Shown here: piece after piece, positions 31,894 to 40,186 of the stretch
Layout: each line of letters starts with the position of its first letter
Position numbering within the stretch: position 1 is the stretch's first letter
Notes under the pieces: model-generated
The model's database searches: none
Seen by the model: the letters and a program-made list of their open reading frames with translations, nothing else
Told to the model about the DNA's origin: nothing
Position numbers and translations under genes: made by a program
Source: an uncultured Acidobacteriota bacterium
Lineage (GTDB): Bacteria; Acidobacteriota; UBA6911
Direction: 5' to 3'
DNA: 64,000 bases
NCBI GenBank assembly: GCA_963827655.1
Contig: CAWHCF010000042.1
Coordinates: forward strand, 52,778-116,777

Positions 31894-34800
31894 ATGAGAC
31901 AGAAAGAACCGGAAAAAAGGCGGGGTCACCGTCCCGTGGCATTGCGTTCCAGGAATCCTGAGGAAAGCGCCACGGCTGCTCTCCCCGCGCCAGCCCCCGC
32001 AATTGCTGCCGTCGCCTGCCGGAGACGAAGCGGTGCCACTGCGGGGAGCAGGCGCCAGGATCGTCGAGAACATGGAGACCAGCCTGGGCGTGCCGACCGC
32101 GACCTCGAATCGAACCATCCCGGTCAAACTCCTGGAAGAGAATCGAACGATCATTAACGAGCACCTCGAGGCCGGGCGCCGGGGCAGAATTTCATTCACT
32201 CACATCATTGCGTGGGCCATTGTCCAGGCCGTGCGTCATTTTCCGTCCTTGAACTCAAGCTTTGAGGTCGTAGACGGCATTCCCCATCGACGGGTGAGGC
32301 GCGCGACTAACCTGGGAGTGGCGGTGGATCTGGAGCGCAAAGACGGCACGCGTTCGCTGCTGGTGCCCAACATCAAGAACGCCCAGAGTCTGACCTTCGA
32401 TCAGTTCGTACAGGCCTATGAAAACGTCGTCGGCCGGGTTCGCAAGGGTTCACTCGAGCCGGCGGATTTTCAGGAAACGACGATCACGCTCACGAACCCC
32501 GGAACCGTCGGAACCGTGCTCTCGCAACCCCGTCTCATGGCGGGTCAGGGCGTTATCGTGGCTACGGGAGCCATCGGTTACCCGCCCGAGTATCACGCCT
32601 GGTCGCCCCGAGCGCTCTCGAGCCTCGGCCTGAGCAAGATCATGAACATCAGCAGCACCTACGATCACAGGGTCATTCAGGGGGCGGAATCGGGTCAGTT
32701 CCTCGGCAAGATTCATGACTTGCTTCTAGGACACGAAGGGTTTTACGAGCAAATCTTCGAAAACCTGAAGTTGCCCGAAAGGCCGGTCCAATGGGCTCTG
32801 GATCACAGCCCGGCGATCTTTGGCGTCGCGCCGCCGCGCGAGGACCTTGAGAAGCAGACTGGAGTGCTCCAGCTCATCAATCTCTACCGTGTGCGGGGTC
32901 ACCTGATCGCGAATCTAGACCCGCTCGGAAATCATCCGCTCTACCACCCGGAACTCGATCCTGCCAACTACGGCTTGACCGTGTGGGACCTGGACCGGGA
33001 ATTCGTAACCGGAGGTCTCGGGGGTCTGCCCCGCGGAACTTTGAGAGAAATCCTTGCCGTTCTGCGCCAGACCTATTGCCAGAAGATCGGCGTCGAGTAC
33101 CGTCACATCCAGGACCCGGGGGAGAAGGCCTGGATCCAGGACCGGCTTGAGCCCGCGGAGAATCGCGCACCCCATGACCTGGGGACTCGACGCGAGATTC
33201 TGCGCAGTCTTATGGCTGCTGAAAGCTTCGAGAGGTATCTGCACACCAAGTTCGTCGGGCACAAGCGATACGGACTGGAGGGCGCAGAGACGACAATTCC
33301 GGTGCTGGAGAGAATATTGACGGAAGCAGCCGGCGAAGATGTTCAGGAAGTTGTCATCGGCATGGCCCACCGTGGACGCCTGAACGTGCTGGCCAATATC
33401 ATAGGAAAGCCGCTGGCGAAAATATTCTCGGAGTTCGAAGAAATTACGGATCCGCTTGCGACTCAGGGATCCGGTGATGTGAAGTACCACCTGGGATCTT
33501 CCGGCACACTGACCACATCGTCGGGAAAGAAGATCATGGTTTTTGTCGCGCCCAACCCGAGCCATCTCGAGTGGGTCAACCCCGTCGTCGAAGGGATTGT
33601 GCGCGCGAAACAGGAACGGCGCGGGGATCGCAGCCGGATGAAGGTAATCCCGGTCTTGATTCACGGCGATGCTGCCTTTGCCGGGCAGGGCGTGGTGGCG
33701 GAGACGTTGAACCTGTCGCAGCTTCATGGTTACCGGACCGGAGGAACCATCCACATCATCATCAACAACCAGATCGGATTCACGACTACTCCGGAAGAAG
33801 CGCGCTCCTCCCCGTATGCCACTGATGCCGCCAAGTCCGTTCAGGCGCCTATCTTTCACGTCAACGGAGATGACCCCGATGCGGCAATCCGGGTGGCGCG
33901 CCTGGCCTATGCCTATCGGCAGCGTTTCAAGAAGGACGTCGTAATTGACATCTTCTGTTACCGGCGCCACGGGCATAACGAGGCGGACGAACCGAGCTAT
34001 ACTCAGCCGCTTCTTTACAAAGAGATCGGCGAGCATTCTTCCGTCCTGACGCTCTTTTCCGATCGGCTGGTGAAGGAAGGCGCGATCACCCAGCGTGAAT
34101 TGGACAACCTTCGTGACGAGATCCACAACCGGCTGGAGAGGGCTTTTGAAGAAAGCCACAAGGGGGATCATCGCTTCGAACCTGATCTGCCGCTCGCCGT
34201 ATCAGAGGAAGAGCTGGCGGAGTTCCAGCCCAAGCTGGGTACGCAGGTCGGGCTGGAAATGCTGAGAGACGCAGCGCAAGGATTGACAACCCTTCCCGAG
34301 GGTTTCCGGCTTCATCCCAAGCTGAACCCCTTCCTCGCAAAGCGGCGAGAGCTTCTGGAACGGGACACTTCGATTGATTGGGGCTATGCCGAGGCGCTGG
34401 CATTCGGCACGCTCGTTTGTGAAGGGACCCCGGTGAGGCTTAGCGGTCAGGATTCCGTGCGCGGCACCTTCAGCCAGCGGCATTTACTGCTCACCGATAT
34501 GGAGACAGGAGCCGCTTACGTTCCCTTGAAGCACATTCAGCCGGACCAGGCGCCTTTCGAGGCATTCGACAGTTCACTGTCGGAAGCGGGCGTGCTCGGG
34601 TTTGAATTCGGCTACAGCGTCGCGGATCCCCTGACTCTTGTGATCTGGGAGGCGCAGTTCGGTGACTTCGCAAACGGAGCGCAGATTATCATCGACAACT
34701 TCATCGCCAGTTCAGAATCGAAATGGCATCAACCCTGCGATCTTGTTTTACTGCTTCCGCACGGCTACGAAGGACAGGGCCCGGAGCACTCCAGCGCCCG

Positions 34801-35398
34801 GCTGGAGCGATTCCTGAGCCTTTGCGCCGAGGACAACCTCCGGGTTTGCTGCCCGAGTTCGGCTGGGCAGTATTTCCACGTGCTAAGGCGCCAGATGCGG
34901 GACGGGATGAGAAAGCCGCTGATCTTGATGACGCCGAAAAGCTTGCTCCGCCATCCACTCGCTTCATCCAGCCCTCGGGAACTGGCGGAGGGAAGCTTCG
35001 AACTGGCGCTCGACGACTCGAGCATTCAAGACAAAGAGAAGGTCAGGAGAGTGCTGCTTTGTACCGGAAAGGTCTATTACGACTTGCTGGTGGAACGTGA
35101 GCGACGCAAGATATCCGACATCGCATGTATCCGGGTAGAGCAGCTTTATCCTTACCCCGAATGGCACATTGCCAACCTGCTCGGATCTTACGAGCGCTCG
35201 ACGGAGGTCTGCTGGGTTCAGGAAGAACCGCAGAATATGGGGGCTTGGCCCTTTTTGCGCCACCGTCTTCCCGAGACCCTGCCTTTCGGCAAAGCAGTTC
35301 GATACGTCGGCCGGCCCGAGAGCGCCAGTCCGGCCACAGGTTCCGCCCGGACGCATCGAATGGAACAAGCGGCCCTGCTGGATTCTGCATTGGATTAA
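31894..35398 (+). CDS. sucA: Multifunctional 2-oxoglutarate decarboxylase/dehydrogenase (Kgd-type E2-E1 fusion)
   Basis: E2 domain STYDHRVIQGAESG; E1 motifs GMAHRGRLNVL, GDVKYHLG, HGDAAFAGQG, RLSGQD, WEAQFGDF, HGYEGQGPEHSS; ATG 31894 needs a frameshift in a C-run near 31990, else TTG 32003. Confidence 0.9.
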
Positions 35399-35465
35399 CT
35401 TTTCTTGATCATCTTTTCTTCGTGTTGAGCTTACTGGATCGATAACTTCTTTGTTCTTTTGAGGC

Positions 35466-35556
35466 ATTCTTGGTGTTTCTTCGTGTCTTCGAGTCTTAGT
35501 GGTATTTGTTAGACCTCTCTAACCACGAAGACACAAAGACACGAAGGAACACTAAG
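35466..35556. repeat. Family-1 palindromic repeat, full form (reverse core)
   Basis: ttcttggtgtttcttcgtgtcttcgagtcttagtggt-atttgttagacctctcta-accacgaagacacaaagacacgaaggaacactaag. Confidence 0.9.
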
Positions 35557-35586
35557 CGCGCTTCTTGGTGGTTTGGTCTCGCTCAG

Positions 35587-36717
35587 ATGAAAATCGGCAT
35601 AACCTGCTACCCAACCTATGGAGGAAGCGGCATTGTAGCGACAGAACTGGGTAAGGAGCTGGCTGAGCGCGGCCATGAGATTCACTTCATCAGCTATGCC
35701 GCGCCCCTGCGTTTGAAAGGAGTCCTCCCCCGCATCCATTTTCACGAAGTGGAGGTTACTACCTATCCTCTCTTCGATCACCCCCCCTATACGCTGGCCC
35801 TTGCCACCAAGATGGCGGAGGTCGCGGAGCTGCAGGGTCTGGACCTGATTCACTGTCACTACGCAATTCCTCACTCCGTCAGCGCCTTCCTTGCGAAATC
35901 GATGCTGCACCCGCGCAACCTTCCTGTCGTCACGACGCTCCATGGCACGGACATTACACTGGTGGGGGCCGACCGCTCCTATTTGCCGATCACCCGTTTT
36001 TCGATCGAGAAATCTGACGGTGTAACTGCGGTGTCACAATCTTTGAAAGAGTCCACGTATCAAACCTTCGCAGTTCGGAACGAGATCGAGGTCATTTACA
36101 ATTTCGTGAATTGCGCGACTTACAAACCGGCGGTGTCTACGAAGCTTCGGAATTCTTATGCCCCGCAGGGCGAAAGAGTGCTGATTCACCTGTCGAATTT
36201 CCGAGCGGTAAAGCGTCCGGCGGATGTGGTTGAAATATTCTTCCGCGTGCAACGGGAAATCCCGGCGGTTCTCCTGATGGTCGGTGACGGTCCGGAAAGG
36301 AGCAATGCCGAATGGCGAGCGCGCCAGTACGCCATCGAAAAGAAAGTCTATTTTCTGGGGAAACAGGACAATGTTGAAGATTTGATGGGCTCCTCCGACC
36401 TGCTGCTTCTTCCGAGCGACCATGAGTCGTTCGGCCTGGTCGCGCTCGAAGCCATGGCATGCGAGGTGCCGGTGGTGGTGTCGAGAGTCGGCGGCCTGCC
36501 TGAGCTGGTAACCGAGGGCATTGACGGATTTCTGGTCGAACCCCGCAATCTGGAGGAGATGGCGCGGCAGGCACTCGCTGTGCTAAGTGATGAAGCCCGT
36601 CGCAAGGAAATGGGCAAACGTGCCAGGGAGACCGCCCTGACGCGGTTCTGTTCCACGAAACTGATCCCGCAGTACGAGAACTTCTACACCAAGGTCCTGG
36701 GCGGTGCCAGGCCTTGA
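35587..36717 (+). CDS. bshA: N-acetyl-alpha-D-glucosaminyl L-malate synthase (bacillithiol synthesis, GT4)
   Basis: MKIGITCYPTYGGSGIVATELG, HYAIPH, TTLHGTDITLVG, H.SNFR.VKR, ESFGLVALEAMAC. Confidence 0.93.
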   Translation: MKIGITCYPTYGGSGIVATELGKELAERGHEIHFISYAAPLRLKGVLPRIHFHEVEVTTYPLFDHPPYTLALATKMAEVAELQGLDLIHCHYAIPHSVSAFLAKSMLHPRNLPVVTTLHGTDITLVGADRSYLPITRFSIEKSDGVTAVSQSLKESTYQTFAVRNEIEVIYNFVNCATYKPAVSTKLRNSYAPQGERVLIHLSNFRAVKRPADVVEIFFRVQREIPAVLLMVGDGPERSNAEWRARQYAIEKKVYFLGKQDNVEDLMGSSDLLLLPSDHESFGLVALEAMACEVPVVVSRVGGLPELVTEGIDGFLVEPRNLEEMARQALAVLSDEARRKEMGKRARETALTRFCSTKLIPQYENFYTKVLGGARP

Positions 36718-36739
36718 ATATTCAAGACCTGACACCAGT

Positions 36740-37111
36740 CTATTCCGCTCTGTGGGAAGACTCGATCATGACAAGGCCGGAGCTCACGGCTTCGGGCAGC
36801 TTGACCAGGGATCCGAGGTCGAACCCATCCTGGATCTTGCCTTTCACGCCGACTCGCGAGCCTTTGCGAGGAACTCCCTTATCGGAGACAATCCAGAGTT
36901 TTCCGGTCCCGTCATCGACCCGATACACGCCGCGCCCCAAGACCGAGTAGCTATCTACGACATTGCCTTCAATGCCGACCTCGCGATTCGTGTAGCGGCT
37001 CGGCTCGGCCAGGATCTGGTTAATTGTTTTACGCTCGCAGGCAGCGAGGAACACGACAATGGAAATAAGAATAAAGGTGACTGCGGTACGCCCAAGCTTA
37101 ATTTCTTTCAT
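36740..37111 (-). CDS. Small OB-fold-like lipoprotein
   Basis: Lipobox FLAAC; V.IEG.V, VDDGTG.LWIV, V.VKG. Confidence 0.7.
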   Translation of the reverse strand: MKEIKLGRTAVTFILISIVVFLAACERKTINQILAEPSRYTNREVGIEGNVVDSYSVLGRGVYRVDDGTGKLWIVSDKGVPRKGSRVGVKGKIQDGFDLGSLVKLPEAVSSGLVMIESSHRAE

Positions 37112-37201
37112 TTGTTTCCCGCCTCCAACCCTTTGAGAATCGACTCACTAATAGAGACAAAACGCCTGGATTAGTTTCACCCGAGCCCTTACCTTTACTG
37201 A

Positions 37202-37987
37202 ATGCGAGTGGCTGCAACGCGAATCCGTATTGGCATCATCCTGAGCGCCGGCGGGCTGCGAGGAGTCGCACATCTGGGCGTCTTGCGCCAGCTCCTGCGC
37301 CATCGCATTCCCATGGATGTGATGGTGGGCGTCAGCGCCGGGGCTATCATTGCCGCTTACTACGCGGCTGTAGGTCTCTCGGTGGAAGAACTGATCCAGG
37401 AGACGCGGACTTTCCGTGGCCGCCATGTCATCCTTCATGGCCTGAGCCTGCGCGCGCCAAAACCGCTGAACTCCCTGCTCGCGCGCTTTTGCGGTGTGAT
37501 CCCGCAAAGGCTGCGTCAACTGGACCACGTCCAGTTTGATCGTTTGCACCACGGAGTTCAGGCCCTCGGTATCGTCTGCCACGACCTGATCACCAATCGT
37601 CCCCTCTACTTCTGCACCGGCGGCGAACACAAAGTCACTCTGGCGGAGGTCGTCAAAGCGAGCGCCGCGATCCCTGGAGTAATCCCGTCACGCGCGGTTC
37701 GGCGCGGGGGGCAGATTCTCCGCCTGGTGGATGGCGGCATCGCTGATTCCCTTCCCATAGAGTTTGCCCGCGGCCACGCCCTGTCCGCCACACACCTCAT
37801 TGTCTCGGACTGCCGCAGTGAAACGCCCTCCGTTGCGTGTGGCGATCGCATGGTCTACATTCGGCCCCGGCTCGAAGGCGTGGGCGTTCTGCGATCACGG
37901 CAAGCCTCACTGGTCCGGGCCGTAGCCGCGGGAGAAGCTGCCGTTACCGATGACATCTTGAAGCAGATTCACCAGTGGCTAATGTAG
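37202..37987 (+). CDS. Patatin-like phospholipase
   Basis: AGGLRG, GVSAG, ASAAIPG, DGG. Confidence 0.9.
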   Translation: MRVAATRIRIGIILSAGGLRGVAHLGVLRQLLRHRIPMDVMVGVSAGAIIAAYYAAVGLSVEELIQETRTFRGRHVILHGLSLRAPKPLNSLLARFCGVIPQRLRQLDHVQFDRLHHGVQALGIVCHDLITNRPLYFCTGGEHKVTLAEVVKASAAIPGVIPSRAVRRGGQILRLVDGGIADSLPIEFARGHALSATHLIVSDCRSETPSVACGDRMVYIRPRLEGVGVLRSRQASLVRAVAAGEAAVTDDILKQIHQWLM

Positions 37988-38031
37988 ACGGGGCCCGACA
38001 TCAAATAGTTCACTCTCGCCATGAGACCAAA

Positions 38032-38099
38032 AAAAGTGGAAAGTAGAAAGTGCTGAGTGAAAAGTGCTTTCAACTCAGCACTCAGCACTTTCTACTTTT
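38032..38099. repeat. Heptamer-built inverted repeat (perfect 20-bp arms); possible terminator
   Basis: AAAGTAGAAAGTGCTGAGTG (38040-38059) / CACTCAGCACTTTCTACTTT (38079-38098); related half at 22311-22350. Confidence 0.8.
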
Positions 38100-38113
38100 G
38101 TTGAGGAGGATCT

Positions 38114-39064
38114 ATGCCCGGCCGAAAAACAAAACGCCGCAAAAAAGCGGCGCCCGGCTCTGTCGGTCTCGCCGCCGTAGACACCAGGATCACCAACCTG
38201 GCGGCGGAAGTGCGCGGGCTGGCTGAGAGCGTCGAAGCGGATCGGGGCGCCGTCCTTGGCATTTACGCCGAACCGTTCGGCGGGAAGGCCGTTCTCCTGG
38301 TTGCGTTACCGATCGACCGCGTCGAACCCACGCCTTACCAGCGCGATCCTTCCGAGAATCACGTCAAGCGGCTGATGAACGTGATCGAAAGAATCGGCCG
38401 TTTCCTCGACCCGATCATCACGATCCGCCAGGACGAGAGGTACTGGACGCCAAATGGGAGTCACCGCCTGAAGGCTCTGAAGAAGCTTGGCGCCCGCAGC
38501 GTCACCGCCCTGCTGGTACCGGAGCCCGATGTGGCGTTCAAGATTCTGGCCCTTAACACCGAAAAGGCGCACAACCTGCGGGAGAAATCGATCGAGACGA
38601 TCCGAATGGCGCGGGCGCTGGCTGAACGCGGCGAGTTGAAGGAAAGCGATTATGCCTTTGAGTTCGAACAAGCGCCCTTCTTGACGCTCGGACTGTGCTA
38701 CGAAAAACGCCCGCGCATAAGCGGCGGCGCCTACCATCCGGTGCTGAAACGCGTCGACGATTTCCTCGAGCAACCCATGGCCCGGGCGCTCGCTGTGCGC
38801 GAGAAGCGGGCCGCTCAGGTGCTCGAGCTGGATGATGCTGTTTCGGAGGTTGCGGGCAAGCTGAAGGAACGCGGCTTTACCAGTCCTTACTTGAAGCCTT
38901 ACGTTGTGGCCCGGGTTAACCCGACGCGTTTTTCCAAAGCAACCTCGTTTGACTTTGACGAGATCTTCAAGAAAATGATCGGTTCTGCAAAGCGGTTCAA
39001 TGTTGAAAAGGTCAGACAGGAAGATCTCGCGCGTGTCGGCGGCGCGCCTCCAGCAGAGGATTAG
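38114..39064 (+). CDS. Stand-alone ParB/Srx N-terminal domain protein
   Basis: LPIDRVEPTPYQRD, FLDPII, TPNGSHRL.AL, LALNTEK; GAGGAG RBS. Confidence 0.82.
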   Translation: MPGRKTKRRKKAAPGSVGLAAVDTRITNLAAEVRGLAESVEADRGAVLGIYAEPFGGKAVLLVALPIDRVEPTPYQRDPSENHVKRLMNVIERIGRFLDPIITIRQDERYWTPNGSHRLKALKKLGARSVTALLVPEPDVAFKILALNTEKAHNLREKSIETIRMARALAERGELKESDYAFEFEQAPFLTLGLCYEKRPRISGGAYHPVLKRVDDFLEQPMARALAVREKRAAQVLELDDAVSEVAGKLKERGFTSPYLKPYVVARVNPTRFSKATSFDFDEIFKKMIGSAKRFNVEKVRQEDLARVGGAPPAED

Positions 39065-39095
39065 CGTTTCTTGGTGTCTTCGTGTCTTGGTGGTT
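39061..39095. repeat. Family-1 repeat, left arm overlapping the ParB-like stop codon
   Basis: ttagcgtttcttggtgtcttcgtgtcttggtggtt, the reverse-complement counterpart of the copy at 9791. Confidence 0.8.
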
Positions 39096-39126
39096 GATTT
39101 TATTCAATTTGGCGAGGGAGGTTGAC

Positions 39127-39930
39127 ATGTCGCTTAAAGGGAAACACGCTTTGATTACCGGAAGCTCGCGCGGGATTGGGCGAGGGATCGCTCTGAAGCT
39201 GGCTCAGGAGGGGGCCGAAGTCGCCATTCACTATTATCAAAACGAGGAGGCCGCAAAAGACACTCTTGCGAAGGTCCGGCAGCGCGGCTCGGATGGCTTC
39301 GTCGTCCAGGCTGATGTTTCTCGGCCCGACGAAGTCAAAGGCATGTTTGATAAGGTGCGGGCCGAGTTTCACACATTGGAAATCTTGATTAGCAATGCGA
39401 GGCCCGAGCTACCCCGCTTTTACCAGGCACCCATGAAAATCACACTCGACCATTGGAACATGGCGGTAGATTCGCAGGGAACGGCGTTCCTGATTTCGGT
39501 CCAAGAAGCGGCGAGCCTGATGCACGACGGCGGCAGAATCGTTGCCATCACCTATGCGCCTAGCGCTCGCACGGGAAGCTGGCAAAACTGGATCGCGATG
39601 GGATCGGCAAAGGCGGCTCTGGAGACGCTATGCCGCTACTTTGCGGTGGCGCTGGCCAAGCGCGGCATTACCGTCAACGCGATCAGCCCGGGGCTTACCG
39701 AAGACAGTGTCTTGAACTCGTTGCCGGCCGAGGTAGTGAATCAGACCCGGGCCTGGCACGAGAGCGGCTGGACGCCCATGGGACGGTTGTGTACTCCAGC
39801 GGATGTGGGCAACGCCGTGGCCCTTTTCTGCTCGGACGAGGCCGGGTGGATTACGGGACAGGTTGTCGCCGTGGATGGTGGGGCGTCGCTGATGGACACC
39901 GTTTTCCCGCTCGAAATTCAGCGCGGGTAG
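39127..39930 (+). CDS. SDR oxidoreductase, FabL/enoyl-ACP-reductase-like
   Basis: LITGSSRGIG, ISNA, GSAKAALE, VNAISPG, TPMGRL, WITGQV..VDGG; GGAGG RBS. Confidence 0.9.
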   Translation: MSLKGKHALITGSSRGIGRGIALKLAQEGAEVAIHYYQNEEAAKDTLAKVRQRGSDGFVVQADVSRPDEVKGMFDKVRAEFHTLEILISNARPELPRFYQAPMKITLDHWNMAVDSQGTAFLISVQEAASLMHDGGRIVAITYAPSARTGSWQNWIAMGSAKAALETLCRYFAVALAKRGITVNAISPGLTEDSVLNSLPAEVVNQTRAWHESGWTPMGRLCTPADVGNAVALFCSDEAGWITGQVVAVDGGASLMDTVFPLEIQRG

Positions 39931-40050
39931 CGGAGTGTAACCGCGGAATTGGAACTGCCCAAGCAAGCTCCGCCGCCTGCCGTTGGACGTTTCGCGGCGG
40001 CGGCAGCAAGCTGACGCAATTTAAGCCGCAAGCAAGCTTGCGCACTCCAA
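39931..40050. repeat. GGAG-footed REP-like palindromes
   Basis: CGCAAGC-AA-GCTTGCG-CACTCCAA at 40027-40050 plus degenerate gcggcagcaagctgacgc upstream. Confidence 0.55.
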
Positions 40051-40186
40051 GCTCCGGGAGAGCGGGCGGAGTCTGACTTGATCGGTACAGCGACTATTTG
40101 GCACAATCACGCCGGGCGACGTGGTCAGGCGGCAGCAGATCATGATCAAGTGCCTGCGCTCCGGATCGAGTGACCACTATTCTCTT

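Noticed and set aside
35506-35586. N-terminal extensions of BshA (and of the SDR at 39082 and GNAT at 5746) in the ORF track
   Set aside because: They are translations of family-1 repeats upstream of better starts matching family N-termini; unlike 27623 there is no translational coupling
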